A stretch of 64,000 nt of DNA, taken from an uncultured Gemmatimonadales bacterium (lineage in GTDB: Bacteria > Gemmatimonadota > Gemmatimonadetes > Longimicrobiales > RSA9). Each line of letters opens with the position of its first letter. Position 1 is the first letter of the stretch. Of the stretch, positions 29,362 through 38,998 are shown one piece after another. The notes beneath the pieces were generated by a model. That model had not been told where the DNA came from. It did no database searches and saw only the letters and a list, made by a program, of their open reading frames with translations. Both the position numbers and the translations under genes were made by a program. The stretch lies in contig OY970192.1 in the NCBI GenBank assembly GCA_963708135.1, forward strand, positions 5,088,001 to 5,152,000. Reading direction: 5' to 3'.

Positions 29362-30503
29362 CCGGCTCCGGCCAACCGACCACTGCGGTCGAGCTGACGG
29401 CGCTCGACGGCGCCAATCCTCTCGCCTTTCTCGCGGCGCTCGGCACGCTGGTCGCGCTGCATGCCGCGGGCGAGCGCAATGCGCGCCTGCGCTGGCGCGC
29501 GGGCGCGAGGTGGACGCCGGTCATCGATGCCGCGCCGTCGAGCGACCCGGACGCGTTCTGCGCAATCGTCGCGCATGCCCTCGAAGGACGGGAGGTGCCG
29601 GTGGACGCGGCCGCGGCCGCCGTGGATGCGGGCCGGCGCCACTCCCACGCGCGAAAGGCCCTCAAGGCCAAGCGGCAGGAGATCAAGGCCCGCGGGCTGA
29701 GAGGTGCGGAGCGTCGTACGGCGATGGAAAACGAGCTCACGCCGCTCGACCGCGAGGTCGCGCTGGCCCGTGCGGTGTGGCTGGAGGCGCTGCGCGCGGC
29801 CGTGGCGCGCCCCGAGCTCGCCGTGGGCGACACGATAAAGTGCACGCCCGAGGAATACCGCCGGTACGCGGATGCGGTCCTCGAGGGCTCCTCCGCGGCC
29901 GACCGCGACCCGATCGATCTGCTCGCCGCGTTCGGCACGGACGCGTGCCTCGCTCGAAAGGGCGACCTCATGGAGCCGACGCCGTTTCAGTTCATCACGG
30001 GCTCGGGCCACCAGTTCTTTCTGAGGACTGTCCGCGACCTCCTGAACGAGGTCTGCGCGGCTCGTGTCAGGGCCGCCCTCTTCGAGCCATGGACCTACTC
30101 CGACGAGAAGCTGTCAATGCGCTGGGATCCCGTGGAGGACCGGCGCTACGCGCTGTCGGACCGCAACCCTTCGGACGAGGCAGCCCGTACCGTCTGGATG
30201 GCGAACCTGCTGGCGTACAGCGGACTCGCCCTGTTCACATGCGCACCGGGCAGAGGCACGCTGCGCACCGTCGGATGGCGCCAAGTCGATGGCGACCCGA
30301 TCCTGACCTGGCCGCTCTGGCAATTCGCGGCGCGGCCGGAAACCGTCCGCTCACTTCTCGCCCTACACGAACTGTCTGAGGAACCGCCCGACCACACTGC
30401 GCTCCGGCAGCGTGGCGTCACGGCGGTGTTCCGCTCGCGACGAATCGAGGTCGGGCACGGGGCGAACATCAAGCTGAACTTCAGCCCGGCGCGCGCGGTG
30501 TAG
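29358..30503 (+). CDS. cas8: Type I-G large subunit, short Cas8g (Cas8u2-like)
   Basis: LDGANPLAFLAALG, F.TGSGHQFFL, SMRWDPVEDRRYAL, LTWPLW; follows cas3. Confidence 0.75.
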   Translation: MTGSGQPTTAVELTALDGANPLAFLAALGTLVALHAAGERNARLRWRAGARWTPVIDAAPSSDPDAFCAIVAHALEGREVPVDAAAAAVDAGRRHSHARKALKAKRQEIKARGLRGAERRTAMENELTPLDREVALARAVWLEALRAAVARPELAVGDTIKCTPEEYRRYADAVLEGSSAADRDPIDLLAAFGTDACLARKGDLMEPTPFQFITGSGHQFFLRTVRDLLNEVCAARVRAALFEPWTYSDEKLSMRWDPVEDRRYALSDRNPSDEAARTVWMANLLAYSGLALFTCAPGRGTLRTVGWRQVDGDPILTWPLWQFAARPETVRSLLALHELSEEPPDHTALRQRGVTAVFRSRRIEVGHGANIKLNFSPARAV

Positions 30504-30730
30504 GGTTGTTGGACCGCTGCCTTGAACCAGGAGGCCCGCGAAGCGGCGGCGCCTGACGGCGCTCCGGCCTTCGTCCACACCTCTCGACAGAGAAAGCGAT
30601 CAGCCGCTCGCGCGCCACCAAGGTCTACCTCGCCCATCCAGAACGCCGAGGTGTCTTTCCGTGGTCTCGCACGAACGGCTATCTTGCTGAGTTGCGAACC
30701 GCGCGGGCCGAGAGCCAGATGGAGGCATGC

Positions 30731-30961
30731 ATGCGACGCGAATTTACGGCGGTGTTCGAGCGCGACGGCGAATGGATCGTCGCCTACTGCCCCGAGGTCC
30801 CCGGCGCCAGTGGCCAGGGGCACACCAGGGACGAGGCCCGCCAGAGCCCCAGCGAGGCCATTGCCCTGATCCTCGAGGTCCGGCGGGAGGACGGGCTGCG
30901 GGGCGTCCCGCTGGACGCGGAAGCCGAAACGATCGCCGTCGAAGTCCGCGATGTCGCCTGA
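30731..30961 (+). CDS. HicB-family antitoxin (orphan)
   Basis: FTAVFERDGEWIVAYCPEVPGASGQGHTRDEA; GGAGG RBS; no hicA seen. Confidence 0.75.
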   Translation: MRREFTAVFERDGEWIVAYCPEVPGASGQGHTRDEARQSPSEAIALILEVRREDGLRGVPLDAEAETIAVEVRDVA

Positions 30962-31018
30962 TGCTTTCGCGGGGACCCGACGTGCGCCGTGGACCGGCTG
31001 TAAGAGCATGGAGCCTGA

Positions 31019-31366
31019 ATGAAAGAAATAGTGCCGAGTGAGAACGTCTCCCGGACCGACGCCACCATCCGCACCATGGTCAACCGCATCGTCGAGCGGT
31101 TTCAGCCGCGGCGCGTGTTGCTCTTCGGATCGCACGCGCGCGGTACCGCGACGCGGCACAGCGACGTCAACCTGCTCGTTGTATGCGACGAGATCGGACA
31201 CAAGCGCCGCCTGGCCATCGAGATCGGCCGTGTGCTCTCGGATCTGCCGATCAGTAAGGACATCATCGTCACCACGCCCGAGGAGATCAGCCGGCGAGGG
31301 CACCTGGTGGGCACGGTCCTCCGTCCCGCCCTTCGCGAGGGCAAGGTGATGTATGAGCGATCCTGA
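31019..31366 (+). CDS. MNT nucleotidyltransferase with DxD changed to DxN
   Basis: LLFGSHARG...SDVNLLVV. Confidence 0.8.
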   Translation: MKEIVPSENVSRTDATIRTMVNRIVERFQPRRVLLFGSHARGTATRHSDVNLLVVCDEIGHKRRLAIEIGRVLSDLPISKDIIVTTPEEISRRGHLVGTVLRPALREGKVMYERS

Positions 31367-31766
31367 GGTTCTGGCCGAAGTCGGCCGCTGGATACGATAC
31401 GCCGCGGAAGATGTGCGCTTCGCCGGAGCGGCTCTGGGGCAATCCGGGGCGATGCCGCGGCACGTCTGCTACAATGCACAGCAGGGAACCGAAAAAGCGC
31501 TCAAGGCAGCTCTGGTTTTCGAGCAGATCGAGTTTCCTTTCCGGCACGATCTGGACGCGTTGCGGAACCTTCTCCCGCAACACTGGGGCGTGAAGACCGA
31601 CCAGCCTGATCTCCGAGCGTTGAGCGAGTGGGCGGTCGAAGCCCGCTATCCGGGTGACTGGCCGGAGGCCACCCGCGAAGAGGCCGAAGCCGCGGTCCGA
31701 CAGGCGCGTGCCGTCTACGAGTCAATCGCACGGGATCTGCGCGAGCGCGGATTTTACGATGCCTGA
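31353..31766 (+). CDS. HEPN domain protein
   Basis: YAAEDV, CYNAQQGTEKALKA, FRHDL, EARYPG. Confidence 0.85.
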   Translation: MSDPEVLAEVGRWIRYAAEDVRFAGAALGQSGAMPRHVCYNAQQGTEKALKAALVFEQIEFPFRHDLDALRNLLPQHWGVKTDQPDLRALSEWAVEARYPGDWPEATREEAEAAVRQARAVYESIARDLRERGFYDA

Positions 31767-31887
31767 GGCGGCGGGTTTCTTCCGCGCGTGATGGCGCTCC
31801 CCTCCCTCCCCGCTTCCGGGCAAGAATCGCGCGCGCCAGCCAGTTGACATGCGGATAGCATGCTGACATGTGTTGCGCACGCCAAAG

Positions 31888-32129
31888 ATGATCCAGGTCC
31901 GCAACGTCCCCGACGCGTTGCACCGCAGGCTCAAGACCCGGCCCGCCCTGGCCGGGATGTCGCTCTCGGACTACTTGCTGGCGGAGCTCGAGCGGGCGGC
32001 GGCGCGGCTCACCGCCGCGGCCCAGCCCAGCGGCGATGATATGCGTGCGCGGTTGGTCCTCGCGGGCCCCCGGTCGAGCCGGACACGCCGGTGGTCGAAG
32101 CGGTGCGGGCAGAGCGCGACGCGCGTTGA
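31888..32129 (+). pseudogene. Degenerate copy of the FitA-like antitoxin (11277..11507)
   Basis: Same N-terminus; first ATG mutated to ACG; insertion and frameshift in the 3' half. Confidence 0.75.
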
Positions 32130-32503
32130 TCGTGGTCGACGCCTCTGCGGTGCTCGAGCCGCTGCTCGGGACGCGGGCGGTCAACGCGGTGGCGGCCCGG
32201 CTGCTCTCGGGCGAGGCGTTGCGCGCGCCGCACCTGCTGGATGCGGAGGTCGCGCAGGTGGTGCGGCGCTACTGGCGGGCGGGCCAGCTCGGCGCCGCGC
32301 GCGCCGCCGAGGCGCTGGCCGATCTCGCCGACCTCCACATCGAGCGGCATCCACACGGCGTCCTCCTGACGCGCACCTATGCCCTTGGCGACGACGTCAC
32401 CGCCTACGTCGCGCTCGCCGAGGCGCTGGACGCGCCGCTGCTGACGCCAAACCGGCGCCTGGCCGGCGCGGCCGGACACGGGGCGCGGGTGGAGGTGGTG
32501 TGA
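32126..32503 (+). pseudogene. Degenerate copy of vapC (11504..11893)
   Basis: Near-identical, but TAYDAAYV is shortened to TAYV, losing a conserved Asp. Confidence 0.75.
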
Positions 32504-32556
32504 AGGGGCGGCGCGCGGCGCGCCCGAAGCCTTGGTGGGCAGGTGCCGCGGCTCAC

Positions 32557-32578
32557 CGTCGGTGGGTCCTTTTACATT
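32557..32578 (+). promoter_or_regulatory. Second copy of the PafBC-type promoter (1 mismatch)
   Basis: CGTCGG TGGGTCCTTT TA CAT T within a diverged duplicate of 15707-16140. Confidence 0.55.
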
Positions 32579-33007
32579 GTAGAGCATGCACGATGAACCG
32601 TCGGCGGGCGGCGGCGTGGCCGCGGCGAGGTCGCCATCGATTCTCTTGCGCGGATCCGGAACCGAGACTACCCTGGGCTGTGGCGCCGGCGTTCGGAACA
32701 ACCGTCCGCGCCGCGCCCCCCCGGCCGCGATTCCGCTCCGACCCCCTCCGGACGAGTCGCTGGCCGCAACCGTCGGTCGCGCCAGCAGTGGCGCGGCCGG
32801 CGCGTGTCCGCCGCCTACGGTCCGAGCAAGAGTTCCGGGGGTGTAGGTCCGACGATGGACTGTCTCGAGCATTCCGGCGCGAACAGTGGTACGGCGTACG
32901 GGCACCGGTTGGCGGAACGCCAGCGGGAGGCGGTCCACGATTTTCGCGCGGGAACGTCGATCGCTTGATCGCCGGGATTTGTTGACCCCTGGAGAAGGAG
33001 AGAACCA

Positions 33008-34030
33008 GTGGCCGATGCGCTGACCCACCCGGCGCGAGCTTCTGGGTTGGAGCCCAGGCGCCTGCCGATTCGCGAGGGGTCGATCCAAGGCGACGCCGAT
33101 CCGAAAGCCCGGCGTCCGGCGAAGAAGCGCCCAAGGGAGAAGTTCGCCAACGAAGCCGCGCCGCCGGTCCCACCGCGGCTCTCGGTTTACCGCGGCTCCG
33201 CGCGGCCGGGCTTTCTGAATCCCGAAACAGCGGCGCCCGGAACCGTGTTCAGTCCACATCCCCTCGTCCTGAGGCTGGAACCGGAGGGGCCGGTCCGCCG
33301 CGAGCTTGACCTGCCCCGCACGCTCGCGGTGGTGCAGCGATTCCGCGAAGCGGTTCTCAGCCAGAGTAACGGGCTGCCGGAGCGGATCCGGTCACTGTTG
33401 TCGGGCCATGAGCCTGACGGCGCACCGCTCGATCAGCCGCACCTCGCCTTCCTGCCGCTCGCGTTCGTGAGGCACTCGCACGCCGACGGCCGGTTGCTGG
33501 GCCTAGCCCTCGTCCTGCCCGCCGAGGTTACGCGCGACGAGCGCGGCTCAGCGCTGCAAGCGATCATACGCGTCCCGTACCTCGCCCTGGGGCGCCTGGG
33601 AAGCTGGAAAATTGTGCCGGAACGGCGCTCCAGCCCGCCGTGGAACCTGCGGCCGGATGCGTGGACCGCCTATCCGCAGGGTGCGACGCACTGGTCGACC
33701 GTCACGCCGATCGTCTTCGACCGACACCCGAAGGCCAAAGACCCCGCCGTGTACGAGCGCGAGATGGCGACCACGATCGCGGAGGGCTGTATGCGCACCG
33801 GGCTTCCTCAGCCGCGCGAGGTGATCGCGACGCATGTCTCCGCGCACGCCGGCGTGCCGCCCGCGTTCGCGTTTCCGAGGCTGAGACGCAAGGACGGCGG
33901 CGAGCGGCGCCACACGCACGCGATCGTGGTCTTCGACCGGCCGGTTTGCGGGCCAGTGCTGGTGGGGGCGGGGAGGTATCGGGGATATGGCGTTTGTCGC
34001 CCCATGATGGCGGAAGGTGTCCGCGAGTGA
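33008..34030 (+). CDS. Chimeric ORF: cas7 start fused to the C-terminal (Cas6-like) half of Csb2
   Basis: MADALTH parallels Cas7 MANALTH; the remainder closely parallels Csb2 from PRLSIY to GAGRYRGYG; AAGGAG RBS. Confidence 0.8.
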   Translation: MADALTHPARASGLEPRRLPIREGSIQGDADPKARRPAKKRPREKFANEAAPPVPPRLSVYRGSARPGFLNPETAAPGTVFSPHPLVLRLEPEGPVRRELDLPRTLAVVQRFREAVLSQSNGLPERIRSLLSGHEPDGAPLDQPHLAFLPLAFVRHSHADGRLLGLALVLPAEVTRDERGSALQAIIRVPYLALGRLGSWKIVPERRSSPPWNLRPDAWTAYPQGATHWSTVTPIVFDRHPKAKDPAVYEREMATTIAEGCMRTGLPQPREVIATHVSAHAGVPPAFAFPRLRRKDGGERRHTHAIVVFDRPVCGPVLVGAGRYRGYGVCRPMMAEGVRE

Positions 34031-36928
34031 CTGCGGCATGGCTGCACGCGGCGCTTGGACTGACGGCCGAGCAGACGCCCTTCCCCTGGCAGGAAGAGCT
34101 ATTGAGGCACTTCCTGGAGGGGCAGGTTGACCGCGCCCTCGATATCCCGACGGGCCTTGGCAAGACCGCCGTAATGGCCATTCTGGCTTGTCGCACGTGC
34201 GGCTCGTGCCTCTCTTCCCCGGCGGCTCGTCTACATCGTGGACCGCCGAGCCGTTGTCGATCAGGCCACGGAGACGGCTATCGCCCTCCGAGACCTGGTC
34301 GATCGCGACGCAACATTGAAGGAGGCGCTCGGCCTTGGCGCCGATCGTCCGCTGCCGATATCGACCCTTCGGGGCCAGTATGTCGATAATCGGGAATGGC
34401 TGGAAGACCCGGCTTCTCCAGCGATCATCGTGGGGACCGTGGACATGGTGGGCTCTCGGCTGCTTTTCCAGGGCTATGGCGTTTCGCGAAAGATGCGCCC
34501 GTACCACGCGGGACTGCTAGGCGCCGATTCGCTTCTGGTGCTCGACGAGGCGCACCTCGTACCGCCATTCGAGGAACTCCTTCGATCGATTGCCGAACGC
34601 GGCGCCGAGTTCCGGCCAAAGCAGGAGAATCTGCGCGACCTGCTGCCACCTTTCAGGCTGCTCTCGCTATCAGCCACGGGGCGCAGCTTGGGTAGCCGCT
34701 CACTGACCCTGACGGACGCGGATCTTAGGCACGAGGTATTAAGCAGGCGGCTGAACGCGACGAAACATCTCCTCTGGAAGCCGCTCAATCCGGCAGCGGC
34801 AGAGGACTCCGTGCCCCTGCCGGATGCGCTGGCACGGGAAGCCTGGACACTTATCGACAAAGGCAGGCGCAGTGCACGGATACTCGTCTTTTGCAACAGC
34901 CGGACAGTAGCTGAAAAGACCAAGGTCGCAGTTCAGAAGCTGGCAAATCTCGAGTCGAAGCTGCGTGCGGAATCGGTAAACCTCGATACGGAGCTGTTCG
35001 TCGGCGGACGCAGGGTCTTCGAGCGCGAGCAGGCGAGAAAGCGCCTGGCAGATCTCGGGTTCGTCGCCGGCAGTAATCGGGCGCCGGAGCGTCCGGTCTT
35101 CCTCTTCGCCACATCGGCAGCGGAGGTCGGAGTGGACCTCGATGCCGATCATATGGTCTGCGACCTCGTCCCATGGGAGCGCATGGTTCAGCGCCTCGGT
35201 CGAGTGAACCGCCGGGGCTACGCCGAGGCAACAGTCGTGGTGGTCTTGGAGCCCGAGCCTCAACCGAAGAAGAAGGAGCAGGAGGCGATCCGAAAGGAGA
35301 TAGACGGTGAGGATCTCGACGAGAAGGAGCAGAAGCTGCTAGGTGCCTTCGACGCCCGCGTCCGCGACTGGAAGAGCTATCAAGCGCCATTCGAGCACCT
35401 GCCGAGGCTGGCCGGTGCAATCGATGTGAGCCCCCGTGCGCTGCGCCATTTGAAGCACCATGCTGAAGGCGACCCAGAACTCCAGACGTTGCTCGACCAC
35501 GCGACCACGCGGGCGCCGCTCCGCCCAGCCCTCACTCGCGCCCTGGTCAACGCCTGGTCCATGACCTCGCTCAAGGAGCACACCGGGCGGCCGGCCATCG
35601 ATCCGTGGATACGCGGGTGGATCGAGAACGATCCACCCCAGACCGCGATGGTTTGGCGAACATACCTCCCAGTGCGTTCCGGCCCCCACGAGCCCACAAA
35701 CGGCGAGGTCGAGGGCTTCTTTGAGGGCGCGCCGCCCCATACCAGCGAAATCCTCGAGACCGAGACGTCGCGCGTGCTTCAGTGGCTGGAGGAGCGCGCG
35801 AAACTTATCCGAAAGGCGGCGGACAAAGGGCAGAACACCACCGAGCACCCGCTTCCGCCCGCGCCGGATGAGGTGGTGGCGTTCGTTCTCTCTCGCGCGG
35901 GCGACCTGCGCGACAAACTGCGGCTTGAGAATCTCGCGGCCAGTGACGGTGCCGAGTCCCGAAAGGAACGTCGGCAGAACCTTCGCGAGGCCTTGGCTGG
36001 TGGAACGCTCGTGGTCGATGCGCGGCTCGGCGGGCTGAGCGAAGGCTTGCTCAATGATAAGGAAGCGTCTCCCCCCCGCACCGCTGACGACGGGCAGCCA
36101 TGGATTGCCGAGCACGTTACTGGATTCCGCATCCGGCGCGTGGACCCGGACCAAGCTGGTGCACCGGATGACGGCTGGCGCGAGCGTCTGCGGTTTGCGA
36201 CGGAGGTTTCCGAAGAGGGAGAGCCGAGACGCTGGCTCGTCATCGAGAAATGGCGTCACGATGCCAGAACCGAAGACGACCGATCATCGTCTCACCCTCA
36301 ACTACTCGATGACCACCATTCGTATGCCGAGCAGCGGGCGAAGGAACTCTCTCTACGCCTCGGGCTCCAAGCTGAATACGCTGAGATGCTGACTACGGCC
36401 GCGCGGATTCACGACGAAGGCAAGCGTGCTAACCGGTGGCAGCGTGCCTTCAACGCCCCGACGAATGGCCCCTACGCGAAGACGAAAGGACCGATCGACC
36501 AAGCGCTGCTCGATGGCTATCGGCACGAGCTGGGTTCTCTTCCCCACGCTGAGCAGGAGGATAGGCTCCGGAGCCTTCGCGAACAACTCCGGGATCTCGC
36601 GCTCCATCTCATCGCGGCCCACCATGGCTTTGGACGCCCTGCAATAGGCATTAGCGGGTGCGAAGACGCTCCTCCCTCCATCATCGAGGGGCGCGCGCAA
36701 GAAGTTGCGCTGCGGTTTGCGCGGCTTCAGCGGCGGTGGGGACCGTGGGGTCTCGCATGGTGGGAGGCGCTCCTTCGTGCTGCCGACCAGCAGGCATCGC
36801 GAGATAACGACGCAGCCCAGCCGCCCGGCATCCAGACATCCGCCGCGGCTCAAGTCATGTCAACGCCTGCGGCTGAAGGCCCCGAGACGCAACTTGCCAT
36901 CGCCGCTCCTGCTCGAACCCGCGGGTAG
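34027..36928 (+). pseudogene. cas3: Second type I-G cas3, frameshifted near 34181-34183
   Basis: PFPWQ..PTGLGKTAVMAI then one extra base; removing it restores WLVARAA..LPRRLVYIVDRRAVVDQ. DEAH, QRLGRVNR, HDEGK, WGPWGLAWWE follow. Could be a sequencing indel. Confidence 0.85.
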
Positions 36929-37343
36929 AATCGTGAGGGACGCATACATTCCGGTCGATCTGTCCAATCCGGGAGAAGTATTGGCGTGCTTGGGTTTTCT
37001 TGAGGCGGCGGAAATACTGCTCGGTGGCGCCGAAGGCGGATTTGACTGGAGCGACGAGCCCGAGGTCCGGTTTTCGCTTCGCGCCATGGGCGATCAGAAC
37101 CCATTTGCTGTCGTGCTCGGATATCTTGCTGATGCCGAGATCCGCAGCTACGCCCCCGACACGTCGGATACGTTTCCGAGCCCCACAACTGAGAGAATGG
37201 CGCACCCGATCCGCCTTTACGGCTCGGTGAACGAGAAACAGCAGTGCATTGATCTCGACCACTGGGCGGATGGGTCCAGCCGGAACGCCTTCAGGCTCTA
37301 CTCCGGCAACCGTTCGGCCGCTGACATCGCACGTGCCATGCTC

Positions 37344-38520
37344 CTAGTGTAGTGTCTGCCAATTGAGTTGATTTAACAAGACTCCGAGCGTACTGCGGTG
37401 AGCGCCTCGCGTGCACGCTGGATCTTGCGCAAGATGTCCTCGCCTTTGGCTCGCCACCGGTACGGCTTGGGATGGAGCTTTCGTTCGGCCAAGTAGCTCT
37501 CAATGTCACTCACCAGCTCGCGTACGCTGGAGAAGCTGCCCTCCCGAATCACGTCCTGCGTCAGCTCTCCGAAGAAGCGCTCGACGAGATTCAACCAGGA
37601 CGAGCTGGTCGGCGTGAAGTGAAGGTGGAAGCGCGGATGCTTCGCAAGCCACTGGGTTACGCTCTCTTGCTTGTGCGTGCAGTAATTGTCCACGACGAGG
37701 TGTAGATCGAGATCCTTGGGCGTCTCCCGATCGATCTGCTTGAGGAAGCGAAGCCACTCGACGTGCGTGTGACGCTCTTCCGTGCGCGCGATCAATTTGC
37801 CGTCGAGGTAGTTCAGTGCAGCAAACAGCGTGATGGTGCCGTGGCGGGTGTAGTCGTGGGTCTTGGTGCGAATCTCCCCGACGCCGAGGGGTAAGCCCGG
37901 TTGGGTGCGCTCCAAGGCCTGGCACTGGCTCTTCTCGTCACAACACAGGACCAGCGCCCTCTCGGGCGGATCGAGATACAGCCCGATCACGTCCCAGAAC
38001 TTCTCCTCGAAGCGCGGATCGTTCGACAGCTTGAACGTCTGCGTCAGGTGCGGCTTGATCTCGTTTGCCCGCCAGATCCGGTGCACGCTGTCCGGCGAGA
38101 TCCCGACCTCACGGGCCATTGTGCGCACACTCCAACGCGTGCACGGCTTGGGCGGCCGAGTCGCCCGCGTGATGACCTGCTCCACCTTGTGCGCCGGGAT
38201 CGAGGGGCGCCGGCCCCGTCCTTTTCGATCCTTCAGGCCGTCCAGGCCTTCGCGCTCGAAGCGTTGGGACCACTTGTTGACGCACGCGGCGCTCACGCCC
38301 AGCTCCCGCGCCACCTGCACCTGGCCGAGACCGCGCCCGCGCCGCAGCACGATGGCGGCACGAAGGCTGTCGCGCTTGGACACGCTGGGCGCCTTCACAC
38401 GCCGCTCAAGCTCTTGCCGTTCGGCGTCGGTGGTCTCGATCTTGGACACAGGTCGCGCCATGGCGCAAGGATACGCCCGGCGCCTCCTTGTGTCAAGCTA
38501 TTTGTCGGACGCTACACTAG
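37344..38520 (-). mobile_element. IS630-family IS
   Basis: IR CTAGTGTAGTGTCTGCCAA versus CTAGTGTAGCGTCCGACAA; CTAG/TA at both ends. Confidence 0.9.
37373..38461 (-). CDS. IS630-family transposase
   Basis: CCDEKSQCQALER, HDYTRHGT, VDNYCTHK, TPTSSSWLNLVERFF. Confidence 0.92.
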   Translation of the reverse strand: MARPVSKIETTDAERQELERRVKAPSVSKRDSLRAAIVLRRGRGLGQVQVARELGVSAACVNKWSQRFEREGLDGLKDRKGRGRRPSIPAHKVEQVITRATRPPKPCTRWSVRTMAREVGISPDSVHRIWRANEIKPHLTQTFKLSNDPRFEEKFWDVIGLYLDPPERALVLCCDEKSQCQALERTQPGLPLGVGEIRTKTHDYTRHGTITLFAALNYLDGKLIARTEERHTHVEWLRFLKQIDRETPKDLDLHLVVDNYCTHKQESVTQWLAKHPRFHLHFTPTSSSWLNLVERFFGELTQDVIREGSFSSVRELVSDIESYLAERKLHPKPYRWRAKGEDILRKIQRAREALTAVRSESC

Positions 38521-38967
38521 GGACGCGCGAGAAGCCGAAGAAGAACCAGGCGCTGGGAGACGTGAAGACGCGTGGCTTGCGCGCGCTGTGGAAGGAACAA
38601 TGCGCCGAGCTCGTGGCGCAACCGTTCGACGTGCTTACGCCGGTGGCTGGGACGTTCAACTTTGACGCCCGCGGCGCATGGACCGGCATTGACGCGGGGT
38701 ACTCGCCGAACGATCAGAAACACGGCGTCGCCACCTCGCCGACGGTCGAAATACTTGCCGCTATCGGCCTCGAGAACGCCCGCCCGGATGAGTTCAAGCC
38801 GCGCGAGGTGCGGTACGGAGTATGGGGTGTGCTCCTCCCGCCCGCCCTTGCCCGGCCCGCGCTTGGCGGAGCAAGCCTGCCCATCCCCATCCGACGATTC
38901 CGCTTCACACTCGATCGGCCGAGCCAGTACAGCAAGGTGGTCACATTCGCACAGGAGGACTGAACCG

Positions 38968-38998
38968 ATGACTGCTGAAGTCACGAACGCTACACTAG
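38968..38998 (+). pseudogene. First ~10 codons of the second cas7 (MTAEVTNATL), remainder deleted
   Basis: GGAGG RBS and ATG directly after the cas8 stop, at the expected cas7 position; cut at CTAG by the IS. Confidence 0.5.

Larger units (their letters stand above)
36933..38963 (+). pseudogene. cas8: Type I-G short Cas8 (Csb3/Cas8u2-like) split by IS630
   Basis: IPVDLSNPGEVLACLGFLEAA...AML|LGTREK...FNFDARGAW..IDAGYSPN..EILAAIGLE rejoins in frame across the CTAG. Confidence 0.8.

Noticed and set aside
38987..38998. ACGCTACACTAG matches the last 12 nt of the IS630 end (38509-38520)
   Set aside because: It reads as in-frame codons after an RBS and ATG and similarity does not clearly extend further; probably coincidence, though an IS630 scar cannot be excluded.
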